Positions 49,767-60,227 of a stretch of 64,000 nucleotides of DNA are shown one piece after another. Each line of letters begins with the position of its first letter. Position 1 is the first letter of the stretch. The translations under genes and the position numbers were made by a program. This stretch comes from an uncultured bacterium (GTDB lineage: Bacteria > Zixibacteria > MSB-5A5 > GN15 > FEB-12): assembly GCA_965372795.1 (NCBI GenBank), contig CBDVDR010000005.1:32001-96000 (forward strand), in the 5' to 3' direction. The notes under the pieces are model-generated. The model saw nothing but the letters and a program-made list of their open reading frames with translations, was not told the origin of the DNA and did not search any database.

Positions 49767-52700
49767 TCATTCATCAGAATCTATTAGTTTTTGAATAGTA
49801 AAGTCAAGTTCAGAAAATTTATAAGGTTTTGAGATGACAGCAGAAAAGCCATACTTTTCATGGTCAGCCAAAATCAAATCATTTGAGAAGCCACTGCATA
49901 CAATTGCTTTAACTTTCGGATCAATACGAAGCAATTGTTCGATTGTCTCTTCCCCCCCCATTCCTTCGGGAACAACGAGATCAAGAACAACCACATTATA
50001 AGGTTTTTTGTTCTTCTTAGCTTTCTTGAACAGCTTAAGGGCTTCTTCGCCATCTTTGGCAACATCAATTTTATAACCATATTTTGTAAAGGATCGAATT
50101 GCAAGATTACGCAATAATTCTTCATCATCCATAATTAAAACAAAACCTTTGTTAACTTTTTTGATTCCTTCAATATGTTTAGGTTTTGTTTTTGTAGCAG
50201 CAGGCAGATAAATTGTAAAGACCGACCCCGTACCAATTACAGAATCAACTTCAATGTGTCCTTCGTGTTTAACTAAGATAGAATACGCCGCCGCTAATCC
50301 AAGCCCAGAATGAGAAGTACGGGTTGAGAAATAAGGGTCAAAAACTTTTCTCAGGTTCTTTTTTGAAATCCCTTTACCTGCATCCGTGAACGAAACTTTG
50401 ATGAATTTTCCATTTTTAACTGGGAGCTTATTTTTTTCAGTAATTAAAATATTGGAAGCAGCTATTTTGACAGAACCACCATTGGGCATAGCCTGGATGG
50501 CATTTTCAACGATGTTATGGATTACCTGACTTATCTGGCTAATATCAATGTTTACAGACTGAAGATTTTTAGCAATTTCCACCTCAGCTTTTATTTTTGA
50601 ATCAGTTAAAGCCAACATGACCGAATCACGCAATAATCTTTCAATTTCGGCGGGTTCTTTTACCAGGTTACTGCCTTCTGAGTAGGTCAATAACTGCTGG
50701 GTTAAACTTCTTGCACGCCAACCCGCCTTCTCAGCTTCGGTCAACACATCAAAAAGGTCATCATCTTCATCAAGGTCAAGTTTTGCAAAAGAGATATTCC
50801 CAAGGATACCAGTTAATAGGTTATTAAATCCGTGAGCAATACCACCAGCTAAAGTTGCAACCGATTCGAGTTTTTGATTATTTAAAAGTTCCTGTTCATA
50901 TTTTTTTCGTTCAATAAAAGTTCCGATTTCAATTGCAAGGGTCTCCAGGAGCTGTTTTTCTTCTTCATGAAAAGATTCTTCAAATTTCAAAGATTTTTCA
51001 TTCTTGCGATAGACTTCAAGCGTGCCGTATTTATCACCAGAGATAGAAAATTTAAAAATTTTATTACAATTTGATTTTTTAAATTTATTTGAAGATATTT
51101 CTCTATTATCGAACACAATCCTAACAGACGAACAATTGGGATAGCGCAGAGACTTCGCAATTAAGTTAGTGATTTCCTGTAAGACGGTATCTTCAGATTT
51201 GTCAAATTGAATAACAAGTTTTGCAAATTTATTTAAACAATTAAGCTGATTAACTTTAATTTTTAATTGTTCAGTTTGTTCTCGAGCAATTTTCTGAGCT
51301 AATTTTTTTTCAGTAATATCAACACCGACACCATCAATATATTGAATTTCGCCTTTATCGTTTTTTATGGCTGTCATGTTTGCTGAGATCCACCGGGAAG
51401 TACCATCTTTTCTTTTTACATAAAGTTCAATATCTTTGGCAATTCCCTTTTTATTAAGAATATCTATCATTTTTTTTCTAGCATCGGGATCGACATAAAA
51501 TTCACGGCTAGAGACAGCAAGCATTTCTTTCTCTGATTTATATCCCGCGGCTTTTAAAACCGTCGTATTGACCGAGATAAGTTTCCCTTTGGGAGTGGAA
51601 CGGAAAATTCCAACCGGTACATTATTCTGTAAGGTCCGAAGTCTGTTTTCCGACTCCTTAATAGCTTCCTCATTTCGCCGCCTCTCAATCGCATTAGCAA
51701 AAATATCCCCAACAAACCTAAGTAAGGAAATCAGTTTTTCATCCCATTCTCGAACTTCCCCTACATCATCAAAAACACCAAGGGCTCCAATTAAATTTTC
51801 TTCAGTAGTAAGCGGAACAAATAAAAACGGTCGGAATTCTTTCTTTTTTAACCAAAGGATTTCAGGCTTTAGATATGACGGTATATCTTCCAAACTTGAG
51901 AATGCCACATTTTCATCTCTTTTAAATTGTTCGAGATAGAACCCAAAAACTTCAATCGGCACATCCTTAAGCAGTTCAATCTGAGAATCTTTTCTTTTTG
52001 CGCACCACTCATGAGAGTTATAGACTTCTTCGAGATCGGGTGAAAAGAGGAAAAGGGAACATCTTGAAACAGATGCAAATTTTGCAATTTCTTTCAGAGC
52101 TTGAGTGATTGAGCGGTCAATTTTATTTACGGGAATATTAATTAATTCTGCCGAAATTGCAGAGATAAGCTGCTCAAAATCAAGCCAATACTTTAGTTCA
52201 TCTTCAGAACGCTGGCGCTGGGTTATATCCAAAACAGTGCCTATCATTCTTGCAGGTTGGCCAGAATCATCAACAAATATTTCCGATTCTGAATGAAAAT
52301 ATTTGATTTCTCCGTCTTCACAAATGATCCCATAATCAGCACCGAATCCTTTTTCACCGGCGGCAGCTTGTTTCATTAACTTTTTAATTCTTTGCCGATC
52401 TTCCGGAATAACATAGTCGATCCATTCATGGTGCAATGGTCCCAATTCTTTGGGGCGTTTATAAAAAGTGTATAATTCATCAGACCAGGTTATTTCATCA
52501 TTGATCATATCCCATTCCCAGTATCCAATTTGAGCAACTCGCCGTGATTCAGCAAACAGGTTATGGCTTTCACGCAAGGCTCTTTCAGCAAGGATAGTTT
52601 CGGTTCTGTCTTCATGGGTGATTATAACATTGATGACTTTGCCATTTGTGTCTTTAAGAGGAAAGATTCGGCTATTAACCCATCGTGCATTAGACTGAGT

Positions 52701-53543
52701 TTCAGAGATGATAGGCTCCAACTCAACATTGGAAAGGATTGTATTTTTTCCTTTTCTAGCTTTTTCAAAAGCTGAGGTATAACCCTGGATTATTGCTGTT
52801 GGATCGGAAAGAATATTATACTGGTCGATTGCTTGATTAGCTATAACATCAAAAAAGTTTTCAAAAGCTTGATTCACTCTAATTTGAAAACCATTTAAAT
52901 CAAAAATTTCAATAGGGACGGGTGATTGCTCAATTATCAGGTCAGCTAATAGTTTTGTTTCCTGAAGCTTCTTTTCCTGATTTTTAATCTGGGTTAAATC
53001 AGTTATTGAAGTACGAATCTGGAAAAATTCTTTCATATCCCCAAAAACAGGAATGCTTTCCAGATAAACATCGAAAATTGAACCATCTTTTTTTACCAGC
53101 TTGAGTTCGCAAAACTGCTTTGTTTTAGAATCTTCTACTTTTTGTCTATGCAGGGTAAAGTGTTTTTTGTCTTTTGAGGATATAAACGGGTTAAAGGTCT
53201 GACCGATAATGCTTCGTTTATCAATCCCTAAAAGGTCGGCACCATGCTGGTTAATTTCGAGGACTTTCCCTTTACTGCAAAATGATACATATCCGATGGG
53301 AGCAAAATCATATAAGTTATAATATCTATTTCTGGAGAGCTCAAGTTCATTTTTAACAGTCTGAAATTCAATACAGTTTTCTTCTAATACCGTTAGAGTT
53401 TCTTTGGTTTCATTTAGAAATTTATTAAACTGCTTTTCAAAGGCTGAATTTAGATTTTTAGTTTTATTTGCAAGAAGTTTTTCTATTTTAGACTGTAATT
53501 GATTTGTTTTCTTTAAAAAATTATTAGATTTATTCACGTTCAA
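49767..53543 (-). CDS. Cytoplasmic multi-PAS/GAF hybrid histidine kinase with C-terminal receiver
   Basis: Several PAS/PAC units (APIGY, IGYWEWD, VPVGIF), GAF, H box GGIAHGFNN, N/G boxes, REC VLIMDDE..LDL..KPY. Confidence 0.92.
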   Translation of the reverse strand: MNVNKSNNFLKKTNQLQSKIEKLLANKTKNLNSAFEKQFNKFLNETKETLTVLEENCIEFQTVKNELELSRNRYYNLYDFAPIGYVSFCSKGKVLEINQHGADLLGIDKRSIIGQTFNPFISSKDKKHFTLHRQKVEDSKTKQFCELKLVKKDGSIFDVYLESIPVFGDMKEFFQIRTSITDLTQIKNQEKKLQETKLLADLIIEQSPVPIEIFDLNGFQIRVNQAFENFFDVIANQAIDQYNILSDPTAIIQGYTSAFEKARKGKNTILSNVELEPIISETQSNARWVNSRIFPLKDTNGKVINVIITHEDRTETILAERALRESHNLFAESRRVAQIGYWEWDMINDEITWSDELYTFYKRPKELGPLHHEWIDYVIPEDRQRIKKLMKQAAAGEKGFGADYGIICEDGEIKYFHSESEIFVDDSGQPARMIGTVLDITQRQRSEDELKYWLDFEQLISAISAELINIPVNKIDRSITQALKEIAKFASVSRCSLFLFSPDLEEVYNSHEWCAKRKDSQIELLKDVPIEVFGFYLEQFKRDENVAFSSLEDIPSYLKPEILWLKKKEFRPFLFVPLTTEENLIGALGVFDDVGEVREWDEKLISLLRFVGDIFANAIERRRNEEAIKESENRLRTLQNNVPVGIFRSTPKGKLISVNTTVLKAAGYKSEKEMLAVSSREFYVDPDARKKMIDILNKKGIAKDIELYVKRKDGTSRWISANMTAIKNDKGEIQYIDGVGVDITEKKLAQKIAREQTEQLKIKVNQLNCLNKFAKLVIQFDKSEDTVLQEITNLIAKSLRYPNCSSVRIVFDNREISSNKFKKSNCNKIFKFSISGDKYGTLEVYRKNEKSLKFEESFHEEEKQLLETLAIEIGTFIERKKYEQELLNNQKLESVATLAGGIAHGFNNLLTGILGNISFAKLDLDEDDDLFDVLTEAEKAGWRARSLTQQLLTYSEGSNLVKEPAEIERLLRDSVMLALTDSKIKAEVEIAKNLQSVNIDISQISQVIHNIVENAIQAMPNGGSVKIAASNILITEKNKLPVKNGKFIKVSFTDAGKGISKKNLRKVFDPYFSTRTSHSGLGLAAAYSILVKHEGHIEVDSVIGTGSVFTIYLPAATKTKPKHIEGIKKVNKGFVLIMDDEELLRNLAIRSFTKYGYKIDVAKDGEEALKLFKKAKKNKKPYNVVVLDLVVPEGMGGEETIEQLLRIDPKVKAIVCSGFSNDLILADHEKYGFSAVISKPYKFSELDFTIQKLIDSDE

Positions 53544-53791
53544 CTTTCTACATCCGGCATTTCATATTTCCGAACAGCCCTAAAATATAGGTATCAGTAT
53601 TAGTTTTATCATTATTATTCCCAAAAAAACGTACAACCTCAAAGATTATCTTTGAAAGTAATAAAAGCAAGAGAATTATTTATTAGTGCTTTTCCTCTCC
53701 CCTCTAAGCAACTAATATGAAATAGTTTATTGATTTTATTCGATTAATTTTTTATAACATATATAAGAATAATCTAATTGAAGGAACAATC

Positions 53792-54241
53792 ATGAATGAT
53801 TCACAAACTGGAATTTACAAAGTTAGCTTGAAAATCTGGATTGACTCAAGTAGAGATCAGGTATGGGACTGTTTCACACAAGAGATTAACAACTGGTGGC
53901 CCAAAGAATTTTATGCCCTTGAAGAACATTTAGAAACAAAATTTGAACCGCAGGTTGGCGGAAGGCTTTATGAAACCGGAGCAAACGAAAGCAGTCTTTT
54001 GTGGTTTACGGTTTCAGTTATTATACCCAAAATGAGCATTAATTTGACGGGACAGGTTGCGCCTCCTTTTGGTGGACCTGCGATCTCGATGCTTCAATTA
54101 AATTTCATTGAAACTGATGAGGGTAAAACTATTTTTGAAGTGATTGATACTTTAATAGGTGCTAAACCTCATGATGGTCTTGAAGATGACTGGCGAAAAC
54201 TGTTTGAAACCGGTTTAAAGAAGTACATTGAAAACAAATAA
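53792..54241 (+). CDS. SRPBCC/AHSA1 family protein
   Basis: VWDCFTQEINNWWP, FEPQVGGRLYE, C-terminal W..L helix. Confidence 0.8.
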   Translation: MNDSQTGIYKVSLKIWIDSSRDQVWDCFTQEINNWWPKEFYALEEHLETKFEPQVGGRLYETGANESSLLWFTVSVIIPKMSINLTGQVAPPFGGPAISMLQLNFIETDEGKTIFEVIDTLIGAKPHDGLEDDWRKLFETGLKKYIENK

Positions 54242-54244
54242 GTT

Positions 54245-54676
54245 ATGTTAAAACGGCGTTTTTTTAAAAACGGCAAAGTTTCACCTCCGGCTGGAATAAA
54301 AAAGCCGCGTCTGATGAAATTTCAACCGACGATCAAAACTAAATCCGGGGTGTGTGTCAGGTCAAAGTATGAACAAACTTGCGCCGATTTTTTATTTATC
54401 CATAATATCAAATTCCAATATGAGCCATTAATGCTTATTGAAGGGCGTCAATTTCGGCCTGATTTTTATTTATCTGATTATAATCTTTTTTTAGAAATCT
54501 GCGGGTATACCCATATGCCTTATTACAATGATCGAGTAGCCCAAAAGAAAGAAATTTACAAAAAGGGTAATTTGACCTCGATTTTTATTTCGTATCAGGG
54601 AAGGGGTTCGCTTCAAAATATTTTGTCACAAAAGCTCCAAGAGCATAATATCAATATAGAAAATAAGCCAGAATAA
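54245..54676 (+). CDS. Small PD-(D/E)xK nuclease-fold protein
   Basis: VRSKYE...ADFL...YE...RPDFYL...FLEICG. Confidence 0.7.
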   Translation: MLKRRFFKNGKVSPPAGIKKPRLMKFQPTIKTKSGVCVRSKYEQTCADFLFIHNIKFQYEPLMLIEGRQFRPDFYLSDYNLFLEICGYTHMPYYNDRVAQKKEIYKKGNLTSIFISYQGRGSLQNILSQKLQEHNINIENKPE

Positions 54677-54828
54677 TATCCTTCCGTTTATTAATAATAT
54701 TTATTAAAAGTTCAATAATGACGTTTTACTCAAATCAGGGAACAAATTAATCTACTTTATTCGTTATAAGTTATAATTCAACTTACCTAATTGATAGTGA
54801 TTTATTCCGGGTAAATCGGAGATTAGTA

Positions 54829-55833
54829 TTGAACCTTAAAAATTACTACATTAATTCAAGCCGGATTAAAAAATTATTATACACCCTCATAATATTTTTT
54901 TTCTCCACTTCAATTGTAACCAGTCAGACTTGCAGTTGCGGAGGTCCTCCCCTGCTTGGGTCTTTAGAATCATCAGGAGTGTTTTATAAAAGTTTACAAA
55001 TTGGGGTAACTTATGAATACAGTTCCATCTCAGATTTAGTCAACAATACTGATAAGATCGATAATCAAACTCGCGAACGGGATATAAAAGCGGCGTTGTT
55101 TCAAATAGACTACGGCTTAACTCCGCAAATTACACTGGCAGCATCAATGTCTATTTTGGAGCAGAGACGAACCACCCTTTCTGAAACCGGAGTGGTAGAA
55201 AATTTGAATACACGTGGGGTGGGTGATGTTTTATTTCTCGTCAAATATTCTTTAAAAGCACCTTCTATTTTTAATCGCATCTCTTTTTCAATCGGCGGCG
55301 GGATTAAATTTCCGACCGGGAAATCGACTTTGAAAAATAATAATCTTTTAATAAGCGCAGATATGCAGCCCGGTACTGGGGCAATTGATGGAATTATCTG
55401 GAGCTCTTATTCGCAACCAATTTTAAATACATCTAATATTTCTCTATTGGGAAATTTGATCTATCGTTTTAACGGACCCAATGACAGGTTCGGCAGTAAT
55501 TTTGATAATTATAAATTCGGGAATGAATTCATTCTAAATCTCGGCGCCGGTTATAATTTTTCGACAAATTTGGGTACTACTCTTTTTCTTAGATACCGAA
55601 ACAGCCAGGCGGATAAATTTTCAGATCAAAGTCTGCCAAATTCCGGAGGAAAATGGTTGAACCTTGTCCCGGGGATTAATGCATCAATTTCACCTTCGAT
55701 AACTCTTCGAGGATCGGGGCAACTGCCTGTTTATAGAGAATTGGAAGGCGTACAATTTAGTACCAGTTACTCATTTTCAATCTCACTATTTTATACTTTT
55801 TTAAACAAGGGATCACCCAATGACTTACTTTAG
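54829..55833 (+). CDS. Putative outer-membrane beta-barrel (MetA-pathway/'transporter'-like)
   Basis: Signal peptide then CSCGG; GVGDV, GIKFPTG, QPGTGAID; amphipathic strands. Confidence 0.65.
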   Translation: MNLKNYYINSSRIKKLLYTLIIFFFSTSIVTSQTCSCGGPPLLGSLESSGVFYKSLQIGVTYEYSSISDLVNNTDKIDNQTRERDIKAALFQIDYGLTPQITLAASMSILEQRRTTLSETGVVENLNTRGVGDVLFLVKYSLKAPSIFNRISFSIGGGIKFPTGKSTLKNNNLLISADMQPGTGAIDGIIWSSYSQPILNTSNISLLGNLIYRFNGPNDRFGSNFDNYKFGNEFILNLGAGYNFSTNLGTTLFLRYRNSQADKFSDQSLPNSGGKWLNLVPGINASISPSITLRGSGQLPVYRELEGVQFSTSYSFSISLFYTFLNKGSPNDLL

Positions 55834-56926
55834 AGAAAAAATTCAAATCTCAGGCATAATTCTGATCGTGCTAACTCTCGTATCTTTTTTATTTAAAGGG
55901 TGCAGTAATAATGTTGACAGTAATTCCCCTACTTCAAGCGGAGGAACAGAGCCTGGTTCCGGGTCGACATGGTTAATTCCGGAGAGTGAAGTTTTCGGAG
56001 GCGGTCCCGGTAAAGATGGCATACCGGCTTTGCTCTCTCCGGCGATTCAATCAGTTTCACAAATAAATTTTCTTGATGATGACGATCTGATCATCGGTAT
56101 CAGAGTAAAAGATGAAGTAAGAGGTTATCCTCATCAAATTCTCGACTGGCATGAAATTATCAATGACGACATGGGCGGAGAATTTTTTGCAGTCACTTAC
56201 TGTCCCTTAACCGGTTCAGGAATTGGGTGGAGTCGAAATGTAAACGGCAATGTTACTACTTTTGGAGTTTCGGGACTATTGTATAATACAAATTTGATTC
56301 CTTATGATCGTGCCACGGGAAGTAACTGGTCACAAATGAAATTACAAAGCGTTAACGGCGTTCTTAAATCAACCAATGCCACCTTGGTTCCGGTTGTTGA
56401 AACAACTTGGAAAACATTCTCTCAATTATATCCGGATGCAAAAGTTGTAACGCAAAACACCGGGTCATCGCGCCCTTATGGGTCTTATCCTTATGGTGAC
56501 TACCGGACGAACAATTCAAGGCTTTTGTTCCCGGTTGATAATTTTGATGAGAGACTTCCCGGGAAAAGCAGGATTGTGGGTGTTGCCATTGATGGGAAAA
56601 GCAAAGCTTTCAATATTTTAAATTTCACCGATAATACTACCGCACAAAATTTAGTTTTCAATAAGGTACCCATTGTTGTGGTTGGGAATAGATTTAAAAA
56701 TTTTGGAGTCATCTACCAGAGAACTCTCAATAATGGCACCCTGCTTACTTTTGAACCAATTAATAGTAACACTGCCGGAGTGATGATTGACAATGAAGGC
56801 ACAACCTGGGATCTGTTTGGGTACGGACTAAGCGGACCGCGAGCCGGCGAAAGACTTCAAACGGTGGAATCATATATTGCCTATTGGTTTGCCTGGGGAG
56901 CATTTCATCCGGATTCGGAGTTGTAA
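55820..56926 (+). CDS. DUF3179 family lipoprotein
   Basis: GGPGKDGIPAL, WHEIIND, TYCPLTGSG, FGVSGLLY, YDRATGSNWSQ, YWFAWGAFHP. Confidence 0.88.
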   Translation: MTYFREKIQISGIILIVLTLVSFLFKGCSNNVDSNSPTSSGGTEPGSGSTWLIPESEVFGGGPGKDGIPALLSPAIQSVSQINFLDDDDLIIGIRVKDEVRGYPHQILDWHEIINDDMGGEFFAVTYCPLTGSGIGWSRNVNGNVTTFGVSGLLYNTNLIPYDRATGSNWSQMKLQSVNGVLKSTNATLVPVVETTWKTFSQLYPDAKVVTQNTGSSRPYGSYPYGDYRTNNSRLLFPVDNFDERLPGKSRIVGVAIDGKSKAFNILNFTDNTTAQNLVFNKVPIVVVGNRFKNFGVIYQRTLNNGTLLTFEPINSNTAGVMIDNEGTTWDLFGYGLSGPRAGERLQTVESYIAYWFAWGAFHPDSEL

Positions 56927-56933
56927 AATATGC

Positions 56934-57431
56934 TTAGTTCATATTAAGAATTGTTTTTCGACAGTCAGGGGCACCACATTTACAAGGGTAGCTTTTCTGG
57001 GCTTCTTCAATTGTCTCATCGTCGGCAACAAATGAATAGTCGTAGGTTAGCTCTTCGCCTTTTTCAATTGTACAAATGGCTTCAATAAAAATACGATCGT
57101 TAACATTAATAGACTCACAGTTAGGTGAGCAGGAATGATTTATATAACGGGCATCATTACCTCTAACTGTAGCATCAATTGTAATTTCATCATCAATTTC
57201 AAACAGATAAGTCTGGTGTCTTTCCGGATCTACTTCACTGTAACGGCGTTCTTCTTCCTCGACTGTTATAATCTCACCGAGATATTCAATAATGCGTTTA
57301 CCTTTTTTAATTCTATTGGATGCAAAGACACCTTTACCATGTATCCCTGAATCTTCAACAATTATCATATTCTTTTTTTGTTTTCTAACTGAAGTCATGT
57401 TTAAACCTTTTACAATTTCTGATATTAACAA
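56934..57431 (-). CDS. SET domain lysine methyltransferase with post-SET Zn motif
   Basis: IHGKGVFA, ARYINHSCSPN, GEELTYDY, CKCGAPDCR. Confidence 0.93.
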   Translation of the reverse strand: MLISEIVKGLNMTSVRKQKKNMIIVEDSGIHGKGVFASNRIKKGKRIIEYLGEIITVEEEERRYSEVDPERHQTYLFEIDDEITIDATVRGNDARYINHSCSPNCESINVNDRIFIEAICTIEKGEELTYDYSFVADDETIEEAQKSYPCKCGAPDCRKTILNMN

Positions 57432-57558
57432 TCAAATAATATTTGACTAAATTTAACCACTATTTAAATAATTCAAAGAGCAAATTTTGAACAGCTTTTG
57501 ATTTCCCCAAAACAATTCAACTTTGCTTGTCTACTAAACATTACGTATAAAAAATAAA

Positions 57559-58710
57559 TTATTGAATAGTGGCAAGATCTTTTTTTGAAGGAATAGCTAT
57601 TGCAAATAGCATATCTACAAAAACGATTACAGCCCCGACTAAAAAAGTTAATTCGTAACTAAACATTGTCCAAAGAATTCCCCCAACAATGGGAATTATA
57701 ACTGCCGTAATATGATTGGCTGTCATCCCAAACGATAAACAACTGGTAAGATCTTCATCGGAAGAAATCTTCCTGAGGTATGATTTTAATGCTATTGAAG
57801 AACCAAACAGAATATTATCGACAAAATACAATCCGATCAATAACGGTAGGTAGGTTACATAAGCATAGCCGGTGAAGATAAAAACCAATAACAGAGAAGA
57901 TGTAACAAGCACAATTTTTTCACCTACATGGTCACTTAGATAACCCAGATATCGATTTGTAAAAATGGTAACAAAATTAGTTGCCAGCATTATTATTGCG
58001 ACCATGGTAATATCGAGTTCATAGTTTTTGACTAATAAAAAAATCGCAAAGGTTGTAAAAATATGTCTCCGGCAACCACGAAGAAAAGCCAGCGTATAAT
58101 ACAATTTGTATTTTTTCTTTAAATGAATTTTACGGGTTTCAGAACCGGTTCTGTTTGATGGGAGAGCATAAGCCAGATAGCACCCGATTACAACTACAAT
58201 TCCGCCAATAATATAGAATGATTGTCGGTAATCAAGAAATAACGTCATGAAAAGAATCAACCCTGCCCCGGCAAGTCCTGCCATTGATTCATAGGAGCGA
58301 AGTTTCCCCTGCACTTTTCCAAGGTCTCCGGACTTACTAATCATTAATAATTGAGATGAATTAGTCGGTTCAAAATAATGAAATCCAAATGACATAAGTA
58401 CCGTAGCGCAAGCCAGCATCAAAATTGAATTTGATAAACCGCACAATAATAAACCCAACCCAACAGTAATGATTGATATAGCGGCAATTTTGGACTCGGT
58501 AAAATAAATTGCCAATGCCCCAACCCCAAAAGCCAGTAATCCGGGAATCTCGCGTACGGCTTGAATCATGCCAACATCATTTGGAGTAGCATTAAAAACA
58601 TCAATGGCAAAATTATTGAACATAATTCGCCAGCTTGAAAAACCCATCCACATTACAACTGCTGAGAAAGTTATGGTAAAGACAGAGATGTTTTTAATTT
58701 TAAGATTCAT
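57559..58710 (-). CDS. MFS transporter
   Basis: About 12 TM segments; REIPGLL, GYLSDHVGEK, NHITAV. Confidence 0.88.
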   Translation of the reverse strand: MNLKIKNISVFTITFSAVVMWMGFSSWRIMFNNFAIDVFNATPNDVGMIQAVREIPGLLAFGVGALAIYFTESKIAAISIITVGLGLLLCGLSNSILMLACATVLMSFGFHYFEPTNSSQLLMISKSGDLGKVQGKLRSYESMAGLAGAGLILFMTLFLDYRQSFYIIGGIVVVIGCYLAYALPSNRTGSETRKIHLKKKYKLYYTLAFLRGCRRHIFTTFAIFLLVKNYELDITMVAIIMLATNFVTIFTNRYLGYLSDHVGEKIVLVTSSLLLVFIFTGYAYVTYLPLLIGLYFVDNILFGSSIALKSYLRKISSDEDLTSCLSFGMTANHITAVIIPIVGGILWTMFSYELTFLVGAVIVFVDMLFAIAIPSKKDLATIQ

Positions 58711-58918
58711 TACGGGCTAAGATACAGGCTGTTGATTATGAAGCAACCGATTATTGATAAACAGACAAACTATATCGGTGCATAGCCTTATATTGCAAGA
58801 GAGTCAATTAAGTTTTTAATCTCTTCCAAAAGATATCAATAACCACGAATTTTTTGATTTACAATGAAGTTATTTGGAGGCTTATTAACAAAAAGTTTAA
58901 CAATTTAAAGGAGAAATA

Positions 58919-59989
58919 ATGAAAAGAGGAATTACTATATTAATTGTCTGCCTTCTGTTTTTAGGATGTGTTCAAAAAGTTGATGACAAAGCCGATCAAA
59001 CCTCAGCAACTGATGGAACCCCGACAATTTTTGAAAATGAAAAACATTTTAAAAATATTAAGCAACTTACTTTTGGCGGTCAGAACGCCGAAGCCTATTT
59101 TTCTTATGATGCCTCCGAACTAATCTTTCAGGCTACAATCGATGATATGGAGTGTGATGCAATTTTTCGAATGAATTCAGATGGTTCCAATGTTCGTCAG
59201 GTATCCTCTGGTTTGGGAACTACTACTTGTTCGTTTATTTCACCTGATAAGACAAATATTATATATGCTTCGACCCATCTGATTGATTCGACCTGCCCGC
59301 CCAAGCCGGATATGTCCCGAGGCTATGTTTGGCCATTATACAAAAGCTATGATATTTTTAAAGCTGACCCGGATGGTTCAAATATCGTTCAGCTTACTCA
59401 AACCGAGGGTTATGATGCTGAAGCTGTATACTCTACCCAGGGCGACAAAATCATTTTCACTTCGGTTAGATCCGGCGATCTTGAACTATTCCTGATGGAC
59501 CCCGATGGTGACAACGTCGAACAACTAACTCATGAAATGGGCTATGATGGCGGAGCTTTTTTCTCACTTGATGGAGAATGGATCTGCTGGCGTGCCTCAA
59601 GACCTCAAGGAGACGAACTTAAGGATTATCAAGCCCTGCTTAAAGATGGTATGATCCGACCAAGTATGCTTGAAATTTTCATAATGAATTTGAAACAACG
59701 CAAACCTATTCAATTAACTAATAATGGTGCCGCTAATTTTGGACCATATTTCCACCCTGATGGCAAACATGTCATTTTCTGCTCAAATGTTGCTGATTCC
59801 TTGGGTAGAAATTTTGATCTTCATATGGTCAATATCGACACCAAAGAAGTTGAACAGATTACTCATAACAAAACCTTTGATGGATTCCCAATGTTCAGCC
59901 ATGATGGCAGTAAATTGGTTTTTGCTTCCAACAGAAATAATTCTGTAAAAGGTGAAACCAATGTCTTTATCGCCGATTGGGTCTGGTAA
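58919..59989 (+). CDS. TolB-like (PD40/WD40-like) beta-propeller lipoprotein
   Basis: Lipobox FLGC; repeated QLT...YD...FS.DG..I.F.S. Confidence 0.85.
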   Translation: MKRGITILIVCLLFLGCVQKVDDKADQTSATDGTPTIFENEKHFKNIKQLTFGGQNAEAYFSYDASELIFQATIDDMECDAIFRMNSDGSNVRQVSSGLGTTTCSFISPDKTNIIYASTHLIDSTCPPKPDMSRGYVWPLYKSYDIFKADPDGSNIVQLTQTEGYDAEAVYSTQGDKIIFTSVRSGDLELFLMDPDGDNVEQLTHEMGYDGGAFFSLDGEWICWRASRPQGDELKDYQALLKDGMIRPSMLEIFIMNLKQRKPIQLTNNGAANFGPYFHPDGKHVIFCSNVADSLGRNFDLHMVNIDTKEVEQITHNKTFDGFPMFSHDGSKLVFASNRNNSVKGETNVFIADWVW

Positions 59990-60001
59990 AAAATCTGCTT
60001 T

Positions 60002-60031
60002 AAAAGAGGAGTAGTTAAATACTCCTCTTTT
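60002..60031 (+). terminator. Rho-independent terminator
   Basis: AAAAGAGGAGTA-GTTAAA-TACTCCTCTTTT. Confidence 0.8.
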
Positions 60032-60227
60032 ACTCTTGTTTTCTTCAAAATTACAATGTTTATCACAATGTGCATCAAATTACATAGTTTTTCTTTTTAA
60101 TTAACTACTAATAACTCTTCATTATTTATTTGGCGGGGCTTTATCGCCCTTCTCATCGCCCCCTATCTCATTGTATTACAGCACCATAACAATTATGTGT
60201 AAAGACATAATTCGTTTCCTTTATAAA

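Noticed and set aside
55820..56926. Selenocysteine recoding in DUF3179
   Set aside because: The ORF is uninterrupted, ends in TAA and has Cys at the motif
57476..57494. Third copy of the CTGTTCAA-N3-TTGAACAG palindrome
   Set aside because: Only the right half-site (TTGAACAG) matches
60130..60170. GC-rich patch as a possible riboswitch
   Set aside because: No recognisable aptamer consensus or convincing stem set
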